A stretch of 64,000 nucleotides of DNA. It comes from Patescibacteria group bacterium (GTDB lineage: Bacteria > Patescibacteriota > Patescibacteriia > JAHJFT01). Below, in pieces: positions 18,885 to 27,985 of this stretch. Numbering within the stretch: position 1 is the stretch's first letter; every line of letters begins with the position of its first letter. The stretch spans positions 231,397 through 295,396 of the forward strand of contig JAQTTB010000001.1 of the NCBI GenBank assembly GCA_028710985.1, written 5' to 3'. The translations under genes were made by a program, and so were the position numbers. The notes beneath the pieces are model-generated. The model had not been told where the DNA came from and made no database searches. It saw only the letters and a program-made list of their open reading frames with translations.

Positions 18885-19643
18885 ATGACAACGTCCGCAA
18901 ATCTTGTTCTTATCCCCGGCATCGACACCTATACCCTGCTTGACCTTTTAAAGTTAGCCGCACGTCATAAGGGCCTCGAGCTTTGGTGGAACGCTTCAAA
19001 AACCTTTTTCAAGCCGATCAAAAAATATACGCTCGATGACCGGCTCCTCGATATTCTTGAATCGCGCAACATCAAGCGAGAGCCCCGCCCCGATCTTTCC
19101 TTCACCTTGGTCGACCAGAACCCCCAGGAGATAACTCCCGGACACCGCCCGAGCAACTACTGGAGCTTTAAGCTACTCAAGGGCAGTAACTACAACTATG
19201 ATCTCCTGATCAGTCTGAGCGTCCGCTACGAAGTCAGCACCAAAAAACAGGGCATTATCCTTTTGCCCCTAGCGATTGGAACTGTCCTTTCTCCGGCAGA
19301 CCACTTGCCAAACCTCCGCATGTTCCAAGCGCTGGTCGAAAGCGACAGGGACGCACCAGCCATCGCTAAAGAAATCGCCGGAAACGCGAGCGGCCTAATC
19401 GTCACCTGGAGCGATCTTGGTCTCGGGGGCATTCGTCGGCTCACTGAGCTCTTCCACGAGTTCACGAATCGGAACGTCGCTATCGAAAACCTCAGTCGGC
19501 AGGATGGTGTTTTCAGCCCCACCCCGCACCCCTACCAACAACAACTTACGGATGAACTGTTTATTACCGAACTGGCGCAACTCAGAATTCTTAAAGCATG
19601 GCGGAATCAACTCGAAGCCTATCGCAACAGCCACGCCCCATAA
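18885..19643 (+). CDS. hypothetical protein
   Basis: GAAGGAGG precedes the ATG at 18885 (MTTSANLVLIPG...). There is no known domain. Confidence 0.45.
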   Translation: MTTSANLVLIPGIDTYTLLDLLKLAARHKGLELWWNASKTFFKPIKKYTLDDRLLDILESRNIKREPRPDLSFTLVDQNPQEITPGHRPSNYWSFKLLKGSNYNYDLLISLSVRYEVSTKKQGIILLPLAIGTVLSPADHLPNLRMFQALVESDRDAPAIAKEIAGNASGLIVTWSDLGLGGIRRLTELFHEFTNRNVAIENLSRQDGVFSPTPHPYQQQLTDELFITELAQLRILKAWRNQLEAYRNSHAP

Positions 19644-19743
19644 GACACGCTTGCTCAAGGGAGTTCGTGAAAACGACTCCTTTTTTTTATGATATAATCA
19701 CTGCAGAGCTTTTTCAGCCATATTAATAATAATTAATTAACGC

Positions 19744-20880
19744 ATGAAAATTCGCCCTGCACATCTCATTATTGGTTCAATAGTTTTGTTTATATTGGAT
19801 TTTTTAACCTTAGCCAATGACACTATTTTTCCAAACCGTGAACCGAAAGGAATTGCAACAGTTATCGTCTTTGGCTGCGCATTAACTTTTATCGCGGGGA
19901 CCGCGTGGGCAATATTTAGGCTGATCTTTAAAGGGAAAAGGTCGCGCAAGGCAACCACCGCGGCCGCTCCGCCAGCGATCGCGCCGGAAAAAAGCCGATT
20001 CTCTTTAACCACATTGGAAATTGTATTTAATCGAATTTTTGCGGTCTTGTTAATCCTCTCCGCCCCGTTGTTGTTATTTAATCCTTTCACTGTCCCGACG
20101 GTGGTGATCTTTGTCGTGTTTGCCTTGTTTCTTTTTTTCGCTAAAAGATACCATCCGGTAATCAACGCCATCTTCGCGCTAATCGCCCTCGGCGTATATT
20201 TTATTCCCTTGCCGATCGATTGGGGATTTTTTCTCGGCCTAAAAGAATGGCGGATGGGCGGTTTTGTTTTTCACCCAATCATTATCTTTTTTTACCTTTC
20301 CCCATTAATTTTTATTTCTCTTTCTGCCAGAAATATTTTAGGAAATATCCTGTCATTTTTTAAGCCAAACACACGCTGGCGTAATCTTTTATTTTTCCTT
20401 TCTCTAATAACCGCGATAATAGTAATCCTGGCCTATCCGTTGCTAAGCAGTATTAAATTACGTGAACGAGCAATGGAAGATGATGATGGTAGTAGCCAAT
20501 TGTCCTATGCCCTGACAAAACAAGAACTTAAAATAGAACCGGGAAAGAGCGGCTCTAGTAGTAGTGCTCTCGCCCGGCGGTATTACACGGCCCGTTTTGA
20601 TCCGGCCACGAAAAAATATATCTATCGCTTGAATCTTGCGGATCCGCTTTCCGCGTCTATTGAATTCACGGCGGTTGAAACCGACGGTGAAAAAATTAAT
20701 TTTACAACCGACTCTCGAATACAGTGTTTGAATTGCCAGAAAGATACAAGCGATCCTTACGGCTTGGTTTTCCCCGCCGGCAAAAATATTGATTTCACCT
20801 TGACTAGCGACAAGCTAATTATGGCGATAAAATTCACTGAGCCCGGAGACAAGGTGGCTAAGTTTATTTTTTGGAAATAA
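19744..20880 (+). CDS. hypothetical polytopic membrane protein with a C-terminal soluble domain
   Basis: A 378-aa protein with about 8 hydrophobic segments followed by a ~130-aa hydrophilic domain. Confidence 0.5.
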   Translation: MKIRPAHLIIGSIVLFILDFLTLANDTIFPNREPKGIATVIVFGCALTFIAGTAWAIFRLIFKGKRSRKATTAAAPPAIAPEKSRFSLTTLEIVFNRIFAVLLILSAPLLLFNPFTVPTVVIFVVFALFLFFAKRYHPVINAIFALIALGVYFIPLPIDWGFFLGLKEWRMGGFVFHPIIIFFYLSPLIFISLSARNILGNILSFFKPNTRWRNLLFFLSLITAIIVILAYPLLSSIKLRERAMEDDDGSSQLSYALTKQELKIEPGKSGSSSSALARRYYTARFDPATKKYIYRLNLADPLSASIEFTAVETDGEKINFTTDSRIQCLNCQKDTSDPYGLVFPAGKNIDFTLTSDKLIMAIKFTEPGDKVAKFIFWK

Positions 20881-21012
20881 ATTTTCCGCATGTGCCATAT
20901 TCAAAAAAATAATACCTGACAAGGCGCTTTGATATTAGATAAAATAAGCACCAAATAGCGGGCCTCCCCCGCTTTTTTAGTTATACGCCAATGATGGTAT
21001 AATAATATCGTT

Positions 21013-22347
21013 ATGCCCAAACGCGACATCCAAAAATCATTTTACAAATACCATCAGCCGGTTGATTTCCGGAACACCTGGCGCATTTTTAAAATCATGT
21101 CCGAGTTCGTTGAAGGATACCACCTGCTCTCCGGCCTGAAGCGCGAAGTCACATTCTTCGGCTCGGCGCGCGCCAAACCCTCAAGCCGGCATTACCGCGA
21201 AACCGAAAAATTGGCAAAAATACTTGGAAAAAATGGCCACGCCATTATCACCGGCGGCGGACCCGGCATCATGGAGGCCGCGAACAAGGGCGCGGCCGCG
21301 GTCGGCGCCGAATCCATTGGCCTCAACATCCAGTTGCCAAGCGAACAGATTCTAAACCCCTACTGCAAAAAATCCCAGGGTTTTTATTATTTCTTCACCC
21401 GCAAGGTCATGCTCACCTCCCCGTCGCAGGCATTTTTCTTTCTGCCCGGCGGCTTTGGCACCCTGGATGAATTCTTTGAAGTTATTGACCTCATCGAAAT
21501 CAACCGCATGCCCCCCGTGCCCGTGGTGGCCATGATGAGCGATTTTTGGAAAGAACTTTATAATTTTCTGAGCGAATATTCGCTAAAACGCATCGGTGCC
21601 ATCAAACCGAAAAACCTTGAATGCATCCATATCGTTGACACGGCCGAGGAGGCCGCCGAGTTCGCGCGCGGCGTCAAAGAACGGCCGTTCTTTGGAGATA
21701 TTAATCCGACCGGCAATCCGTCAAACATTGACTGGAAAGTCTTCCGCATCATGGCCGAACTGGTAGAGGGCTTTGAATTCGTAAACCGCCTAAAAAACGA
21801 CGTTACCATTCTCGGCACCGGCAAACTCGGGCCCGGAACTCCCTATTACCAGGCCGCCGAAGAACTCGGCCGCGTGCTTGGCCATGACGGCTACACCATT
21901 GTGACCGGCGGCGGGCCCGGCATCATGGAGGCCGCGAACAAAGGCGCTTTTGAGGCCGGCGCCGATTCCGTGGGCCTGAATATCAGTTTTGACGGCACGG
22001 TGCGCGCCAACCCCTACGTCAAGCGCTCCATGGGCTTCTTCTTTCCCTTCACCCGCAAGCTCATTATCACCGCGCCGTCGCTTGCCTTTGTCTGCTTCCC
22101 CGGCGGCTTCGGCACCCTGCACCAGCTTTTTGAGCTCCTCGTGCTCATGCAAACCGGCAAAATGGGCCGCATGCCCATCATTCTTTTCGGCCGGGAATTC
22201 TGGAAGCCGCTTGCCGATTACCTCGGCCGAGTCGCCTGCCGGCTCTATAGCGCCCTGGATCCCGGGGATCTCAAACTGTTTGATATCGTGGATTCGGTGG
22301 AAGAAGCCGTTCTTATCATCAAGAAAGTCCCAAAAACAAAATCCTGA
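21013..22347 (+). CDS. tandem-duplicated LOG-family (TIGR00730 Rossmann-fold, cytokinin riboside 5'-monophosphate phosphoribohydrolase-like) protein
   Basis: Two complete LOG modules, each with GGGPGIMEAANKGA and PGGFGT(L)(D/H)(E/Q) motifs, lie at residues ~30-220 and ~235-440. An extended -10 (TGgTATAAT) sits at 20994-21002. Confidence 0.75.
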   Translation: MPKRDIQKSFYKYHQPVDFRNTWRIFKIMSEFVEGYHLLSGLKREVTFFGSARAKPSSRHYRETEKLAKILGKNGHAIITGGGPGIMEAANKGAAAVGAESIGLNIQLPSEQILNPYCKKSQGFYYFFTRKVMLTSPSQAFFFLPGGFGTLDEFFEVIDLIEINRMPPVPVVAMMSDFWKELYNFLSEYSLKRIGAIKPKNLECIHIVDTAEEAAEFARGVKERPFFGDINPTGNPSNIDWKVFRIMAELVEGFEFVNRLKNDVTILGTGKLGPGTPYYQAAEELGRVLGHDGYTIVTGGGPGIMEAANKGAFEAGADSVGLNISFDGTVRANPYVKRSMGFFFPFTRKLIITAPSLAFVCFPGGFGTLHQLFELLVLMQTGKMGRMPIILFGREFWKPLADYLGRVACRLYSALDPGDLKLFDIVDSVEEAVLIIKKVPKTKS

Positions 22348-22440
22348 CCTGCCTGCCGGCAGGCAGGTTCCATTATTCATGATTCCTGATTCTCGTGTTG
22401 CTGGAATCATGTTTTTTTATTATAATAGTAGTGTATTTTT

Positions 22441-23310
22441 ATGAACAAGATAACAAAAGTCGTCATCCCGGTCGCCGGTTTCGGCACGCGCTTTCTGCCC
22501 GCCACCAAGGCAATGCCCAAAGAGATGCTTACCGTGGTAGATAAACCCGTAATTCAGTACGTGGTGGAGGAAGCCGTCGCCGCGGGCATCACCGATGTAA
22601 TTCTGGTCACCGGCGCCTCAAAGCGCGCGGTTGAGGATCATTTTGATTACAACCACGAATTGCAGAACTGGCTCAAGAAACAGGGAAAAAACGATCTGCG
22701 GGAGGAAATAAAAAAAATTGCCGACATGGCAAATTTTATTTATATCCGGCAGAAGGGACCGTACGGCAACGGTACGCCGATCCTCTGCGCCGAGAAGATA
22801 ATCGGCGACGAGCCGTTCGCCGTTCTCTGGGGAGATGAATTTTTTTACGGCAAAAAAAACCGCCTGTCCCAGCTTATCCGCGTTTTTGAGAAATACGGCG
22901 ACCCCGTTCTCACCGCCTACGGAGTAAAATCCGCGGACACCGTGCGATACGGCATGCTTGACGCGGTTAAGATTGAAAAAAACATTTACCAGGTAAAAAA
23001 AATCATTGAAAAACCCGGACCGAAAAAATCGCCCTCTCTCCTCGCCTCCCTCGGCGGCTTTATCCTGACTCCGGACATCTTTCACGCGCTCCGCAATACC
23101 AAGCGCGGAAAAGGCGGCGAGCTCTGGCTCACCGACGCGATTCATAATCTTTCCAAGCGCCGGCCTCTTTACGCCTGCGAGGTGAGTGACGCGACGTATT
23201 ACGACACCGGCTCCAAGCTCGGCTATCTCAAGGCAAATGTTGATTTTGCCCTGCGCCGGCCGGATCTAAAAAAAGATTTTATCAAATATCTCAAATCTTT
23301 GAAAATATGA
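22441..23310 (+). CDS. galU: UTP--glucose-1-phosphate uridylyltransferase
   Basis: KVVIPVAGFGTRFLPATKAMPKEMLTVVDKPVIQYVVEEA matches the GalU N-terminus. A TTGCTG-17-TATAAT promoter lies at 22398-22426. Confidence 0.85.
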   Translation: MNKITKVVIPVAGFGTRFLPATKAMPKEMLTVVDKPVIQYVVEEAVAAGITDVILVTGASKRAVEDHFDYNHELQNWLKKQGKNDLREEIKKIADMANFIYIRQKGPYGNGTPILCAEKIIGDEPFAVLWGDEFFYGKKNRLSQLIRVFEKYGDPVLTAYGVKSADTVRYGMLDAVKIEKNIYQVKKIIEKPGPKKSPSLLASLGGFILTPDIFHALRNTKRGKGGELWLTDAIHNLSKRRPLYACEVSDATYYDTGSKLGYLKANVDFALRRPDLKKDFIKYLKSLKI

Positions 23311-24701
23311 AAAAAATATTTTTTTCTTTTGTCATCCTTTCTCTGATCGCCACCGCCGGCTTCGGCTGCAAAACCCAATCTGAAGCCGAAAAAGAAGCCA
23401 CCAAACCTGTCACTCTGAATTTTTGGGGAGTTTTTGACGAATCCGACGCCATCCAGCCGCTTATCACCGCCTACCGCGCCAAGCATCCCAATGTCACCAT
23501 CAACTACAAGATGTACCGGTTTGACGAATACGAAGACGAGCTGCTGAACGCCCTGGCCGAAGACCGCGGACCGGATATCTTTATGGTGCACAACCACTGG
23601 ATGCGCGGCTATCTCGCCAAAATCCTGCCCCTTCCGGCCGAACTCACCATCGCCTATGTCACGCAGTCCGGAGGCGCTCTGGGAAGCGAAACCAAAGCCA
23701 CCCTGGCAAAAGAAAAAACCATGACCCTGCGCGCGCTTCAGGACAGCTTTGTGCAGGTCGTGGCCGATGACGCCGTGGCGCCGGTCTGGAACGCGACCGA
23801 CGAAGTGAATGAAAATAAAATCGTCGGACTGCCGCTTTCCGTGGACACGCTCGCGCTTTATTATAACCGCGACATTTTGAACGCCGCCGGCATCGCCGAG
23901 CCGCCGACCACCTGGACCGATTTTCTGGAACAGGTAAAAACCATCACCAAACTCAACGCCGACGGCGGCATCGCCCAGTCCGCGGCCGCGATCGGCACAT
24001 CTTCCAACATTGAACGGTTCAGCGACATCGTTTCCGCGCTCATGATGCAAAACGGCACCGAAATGACCAATGAATCCGGATTCGCCACGTTCAATAAAAT
24101 CCCCAAAGCCCTTACCGGCCGCAGCGAACCCCCGGGATTCGGCGCGGTCCGTTTTTACACCGACTTTGCCAACTCCGGAAAAGAAGTCTACACCTGGAAT
24201 GACGACTTTCCGAATTCACTGGACGCTTTTTCCACCGGCCAGACCGCGTTCTTTTTTGGCTACTCGTATCATCTTTCCCAAATCCGCACCAAGGCGCCCA
24301 AGCTCAATCTCGGCATCGCCCGGCTCCCCCAGCTTGAGGGCAATCCGGAAGTAAATTATGCCAACTACTGGCTGAACTCGGTTTCCGCAAAGAGCAAGAG
24401 TTCAAATTACGCCTGGGACTTTGTGCAGTTTGCCGCAAGCGAAGCCAACGTCAAGGCCTATCTTGACGCCGCCAAGCGCCCGACCGCTCTGCGCTCGCTC
24501 CGCGACAGCCAGCTTGAAGATGTGGACCTTTCGGTTTTCGCTTCCCAGCTTCTCACGGCCAAAGACTGGTACCGCGGCAAAAACTGGGCCGCGGTTGAGC
24601 AGACCTTTGCCGACATGATTGATTCACAGGTCTACGGCACCATGGAGCTTAAAGACGCAATTAATCTTGCGGTGAGTAAAGTAAATCAGACCATTCAATG
24701 A
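23307..24701 (+). CDS. extracellular solute-binding lipoprotein (ABC transporter SBP family 1-like)
   Basis: There is a signal peptide with a lipobox-like AGFGC, and the size and composition are typical of a sugar-binding SBP. No permease or ATPase lies adjacent. Confidence 0.55.
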   Translation: MKKIFFSFVILSLIATAGFGCKTQSEAEKEATKPVTLNFWGVFDESDAIQPLITAYRAKHPNVTINYKMYRFDEYEDELLNALAEDRGPDIFMVHNHWMRGYLAKILPLPAELTIAYVTQSGGALGSETKATLAKEKTMTLRALQDSFVQVVADDAVAPVWNATDEVNENKIVGLPLSVDTLALYYNRDILNAAGIAEPPTTWTDFLEQVKTITKLNADGGIAQSAAAIGTSSNIERFSDIVSALMMQNGTEMTNESGFATFNKIPKALTGRSEPPGFGAVRFYTDFANSGKEVYTWNDDFPNSLDAFSTGQTAFFFGYSYHLSQIRTKAPKLNLGIARLPQLEGNPEVNYANYWLNSVSAKSKSSNYAWDFVQFAASEANVKAYLDAAKRPTALRSLRDSQLEDVDLSVFASQLLTAKDWYRGKNWAAVEQTFADMIDSQVYGTMELKDAINLAVSKVNQTIQ

Positions 24702-25576
24702 AAAAATACATAACAATTATTCTCGCGATAATCATCGTGCTTGCTCCGATTCCGGTTTTGGCGTTTCAGCTTATTCCTTCCGGCTGTACCGGGCAGAATG
24801 TCACGACCCAAAACTGCGGTCTTACGGAAATTTTTCAGACGTTCATTAATTTCGCGAACTTTCTCCTTAGCATCGCCGGCTCGGTCACGCTGCTCATGTT
24901 CATCTATGGCGGTTTTGTCTGGCTCACTTCGGGCGGGGCTTCGGATAAAATAAAAAAAGGCAAAGACATCATGGTGAACACGACCATCGGGCTTGTGATC
25001 ATGCTTGCCGCCGCGACCGTAATTTATTCGGTCGGCACTTTTCTCTGCGGCGGCGACCAATCATGCCTCCGCCAGCTTAATATATACGGCGCGGCCGAGG
25101 GCCAGGAAGGCGGCATGGACTGCCGCAAGCAGGAAAATGACGGCAAAACCTGCGGCACGGAAAAAAACTATGTCTGCTCGTACGAGGCGCGAAAATGCGT
25201 CACCCGCTGTGAAGCCGACCAAAATCTCGCGAGCCGCGGCTACGCCTGTCAGACCGTTCCGCTCGCGAGCAAAGACAAAGCCTCGGCAAGCCTTTACGCC
25301 GAATCCTACAGCTGCAAATTAAATCTCTGCCCCGGCGATTGGGACACCCTCTGCTGCCCGGCGCACGAAGCCGCCACCACCTGCTGCAAGTGTGAAATCA
25401 ACGATGCCTCTGCCACTACTTATTATTTTCCGTCCGATTCGGGCGCTGACTGCATCACTGCCTGCGAATCGGCGCGCGATCTCATAGGAGCAACCACGAT
25501 TCCTGAAATAACGCCCGGCATTGAGCGCACCGAAGACCCGGGCTGCGAGGAAGCGCTTTCTCGAAGAGGGATATAA
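24698..25576 (+). CDS. TrbC/VirB2-like pilin domain with a C-terminal Cys-rich extension (paralog 1 of 6)
   Basis: The N-terminal ~110 aa are homologous to the downstream pilin paralogs (SVTLLMFIYGGFVWLTSGG...KGKDIMV..IGLVIML). The C-terminal ~170 aa carry 22 Cys. Confidence 0.6.
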   Translation: MKKYITIILAIIIVLAPIPVLAFQLIPSGCTGQNVTTQNCGLTEIFQTFINFANFLLSIAGSVTLLMFIYGGFVWLTSGGASDKIKKGKDIMVNTTIGLVIMLAAATVIYSVGTFLCGGDQSCLRQLNIYGAAEGQEGGMDCRKQENDGKTCGTEKNYVCSYEARKCVTRCEADQNLASRGYACQTVPLASKDKASASLYAESYSCKLNLCPGDWDTLCCPAHEAATTCCKCEINDASATTYYFPSDSGADCITACESARDLIGATTIPEITPGIERTEDPGCEEALSRRGI

Positions 25577-25578
25577 AT

Positions 25579-26214
25579 ATGAAAATTTTTTCAATTATTA
25601 CAATCGCCATTCTCATCTTTGCCGCCGTTCCGGCTTTGGCCGAGGATGTTGGCTCCTGCGTCTGCGACTTTACCATGAGCGGGATTCTTATTACCGGCCC
25701 GACCGGCTGCTCCGGGATTCCCGAAGCGCAATGCAACTGGAACAGCGGCGCTTCAAATTGCGGATGCATGGGCGAAATTCGCCGCAGTGTCACGCAAGAA
25801 GATTGTTTTCCCGACGCCGCCGGCATGATTAGCGCAACCTATGGTATCACCTCTCCCACCTATATAATTACCGGATCCTGCTCCTGGACCCCTGCGCCTT
25901 CGACCGGTGAAGAAACCGGCGAAACTCCTTCAACCGGCGCCGGCACTCCGCCGCGCCTGGAATTTGAGCCGCCCCTCGGCACCACGGACGTGAATGAGCT
26001 CATCGGCTATATCATCCGCGCCGTCACCGGCATTGTCGGCAGTATCGCGCTTCTCATGTTCGTAGCCGGCGGATTCGTCTGGATGACCGCTGCCGGAAAC
26101 GAAGAGCGCGTCAAGCTCGGAAAAAATATCCTGATCTGGTCAACCCTCGGCCTCGTCGTCATCTTCTCGGCCTATGCCGTCACGCGCTATATCTTAACCG
26201 CCTTACTGGAATAA
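25579..26214 (+). CDS. Cys-rich N-terminal domain fused to a TrbC/VirB2-like pilin (paralog 2)
   Basis: The C-terminus GSIALLMFVAGGFVWMTAAGNEERVKLGKNILIWSTLGLVVIFSAYAV matches the family motif. Confidence 0.6.
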   Translation: MKIFSIITIAILIFAAVPALAEDVGSCVCDFTMSGILITGPTGCSGIPEAQCNWNSGASNCGCMGEIRRSVTQEDCFPDAAGMISATYGITSPTYIITGSCSWTPAPSTGEETGETPSTGAGTPPRLEFEPPLGTTDVNELIGYIIRAVTGIVGSIALLMFVAGGFVWMTAAGNEERVKLGKNILIWSTLGLVVIFSAYAVTRYILTALLE

Positions 26215-26215
26215 T

Positions 26216-26602
26216 ATGAAATCATTTTTTATTGTTTCAATCGCTCTCTTCGCGCTCACCCTGCTTATCCCAACCGCTTTAGCTATTACGACCCCCACTT
26301 CCACCGATACCGGCGTTCCGCAAAAAGTTGAGCTCAATCCGCCGTTCGGCCAAGCGGCAGCGGCGCCGGATGTCTTTATCCAGACCATGATCGGCCGCAT
26401 CATCCAGTACGCCCTGGGCATTGTCGGCTCAATTGCGCTTCTTATATTCGTGGCCGGCGGCTTTATTTGGTTGACCTCAGCCGGCAATGCTGATAGAATT
26501 AAGTCAGGCAAAAACATGATTGTTTGGGCGGTAATCGGCCTCGCGGTAATTTTTTCCGCCTACGCAATTACAAAATTTATTTTAACCGCCCTATTGGGCT
26601 GA
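26216..26602 (+). CDS. TrbC/VirB2-like pilin (paralog 3)
   Basis: A signal peptide is followed by GSIALLIFVAGGFIWLTSAGNADRIKSGKNMIVWAVIGLAVIFSAYAI. Confidence 0.65.
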   Translation: MKSFFIVSIALFALTLLIPTALAITTPTSTDTGVPQKVELNPPFGQAAAAPDVFIQTMIGRIIQYALGIVGSIALLIFVAGGFIWLTSAGNADRIKSGKNMIVWAVIGLAVIFSAYAITKFILTALLG

Positions 26603-26631
26603 ATTTAATAATTAATTACTTAATAAAAAGT

Positions 26632-27015
26632 ATGCGTAATTTAATGAAGAATACTGTTGCGCGCAATATCTGCGCTTTCGCAATTCTCTCCCTCATCTTC
26701 GTTCCGCTTTCAGCCGCTTTGGCCCTGGAAGTCGGCATTGAAGAGGTTGAGTCCGAGATTGAGCTCGGCAAACGCGATATCCGCGCCACCGTCGCTTCAA
26801 TCATCAACGTGGCCATGGGCCTCCTCGGCATCGTCGCCGTGGGCATAATCCTCATCGGCGGCTTTCAGTGGATGACCGCCGGCGGCAACGAGGAAAACGT
26901 AACTAAAGCAAAACAAAGAATTATTCAGGGCATTATCGGACTTGCCATCATTTTGGCTTCATGGGCAATCGCCCGCTTCGTGCTCGAGAGCCTGGTTACC
27001 GCAACTCAGGACTAA
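26632..27015 (+). CDS. TrbC/VirB2-like pilin (paralog 4)
   Basis: The start is at MRNLMKN. The motif is GIVAVGIILIGGFQWMTAGGNEENVTKAKQRIIQGIIGLAIILASWAI. Confidence 0.65.
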   Translation: MRNLMKNTVARNICAFAILSLIFVPLSAALALEVGIEEVESEIELGKRDIRATVASIINVAMGLLGIVAVGIILIGGFQWMTAGGNEENVTKAKQRIIQGIIGLAIILASWAIARFVLESLVTATQD

Positions 27016-27022
27016 ATAAATT

Positions 27023-27424
27023 ATGAAACTCACCCGGGCGCGCAAATTGTTATTGATTCTGCCGCTTCTTGCGTGGGTTTTAATTTCCGCAAACGCGGTT
27101 CTCGCGCTCACGGTTTCCGAAACCGGCCTTGAAACCACGGCCGAAGCCTCCGAGCTTCCCAAGGGCGAACTTACCGCCACTGTCGGACGCGTCATCTCCA
27201 TTTTTCTCTCGCTCGTTGGTGTAATCTTCTTTGTCCTCCTAATTTACGGCGGAATCCTCTGGATGACTGCCATGGGAAATGAAGAAACCGTCAAGCGCGC
27301 AAAGAATCTGATCACGAGCGCCATTCTCGGCCTGATTATTATCTTTGCCGCCTACGCCATCGCCCAGTTCGTGATTTCCATGCTTCTCGGCGCCGAAGTC
27401 CAGCCCACTGCCCCAACCCCATAA
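27023..27424 (+). CDS. TrbC/VirB2-like pilin (paralog 5)
   Basis: GVIFFVLLIYGGILWMTAMGNEETVKRAKNLITSAILGLIIIFAAYAI. Confidence 0.65.
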   Translation: MKLTRARKLLLILPLLAWVLISANAVLALTVSETGLETTAEASELPKGELTATVGRVISIFLSLVGVIFFVLLIYGGILWMTAMGNEETVKRAKNLITSAILGLIIIFAAYAIAQFVISMLLGAEVQPTAPTP

Positions 27425-27452
27425 AAATCACATAATCCTTAATTAATAAATT

Positions 27453-27854
27453 ATGTTCAAGAATAAAATATTCTTTACGCTAAGCGTCATCACGCTTGTT
27501 TCGCTTGTATTCGCTCCTTGCCTCGCGCTTGCAGAAGGCACCGATCCGAATCCGGAAACCCTGCTTCAGCAAGCCGGTGAAAGCGCGGGATTCAGCGCCG
27601 GCACAGGCCAAGAACAGTTCCTGGAAATCGTCGGAAATATTATCACCGTGCTTCTCTCACTCCTCGGCGTCATCTTCTTTGTGCTCTTAATCTACGGCGG
27701 CTTCCTCTGGATGACCTCCCAAGGCAAGGAAGAAACAGTGAAAAAAGCCAAGCAATTAATTACCGACGCAATTATCGGCTTAGTTATCATCCTCGCGGCT
27801 TACGCGATTTCCGCATTCGTTATCGACGCTTTGGTCACCGCGACACTGGATTAA
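27453..27854 (+). CDS. TrbC/VirB2-like pilin (paralog 6)
   Basis: GVIFFVLLIYGGFLWMTSQGKEETVKKAKQLITDAIIGLVIILAAYAI. Confidence 0.65.
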   Translation: MFKNKIFFTLSVITLVSLVFAPCLALAEGTDPNPETLLQQAGESAGFSAGTGQEQFLEIVGNIITVLLSLLGVIFFVLLIYGGFLWMTSQGKEETVKKAKQLITDAIIGLVIILAAYAISAFVIDALVTATLD

Positions 27855-27861
27855 ACAATTT

Positions 27862-27897
27862 AAAAACCACCCCGTTCGCTATCGGGGTGGTTTTTTT
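27862..27897 (+). terminator. rho-independent terminator after the pilin array
   Basis: aaaaACCACCCCGttcgctatCGGGGTGGttttttt. Confidence 0.8.
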
Positions 27898-27985
27898 ATA
27901 AAAAAAATGAGCCCGCCAAAGTTTCGATTTCTCGATAACCTTGACGGGCCGTGCTGTAGGAGCGACCCTCGCGGTCGCCCAGCGG

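Noticed and set aside
21790-22444. ORFs 21790..22410 (-) and 21989..22444 (+) overlapping the LOG gene
   Set aside because: They are alternative-frame or antisense to a gene with strong conserved motifs. One of them reads through the CCTGCC palindrome. They have no independent support.
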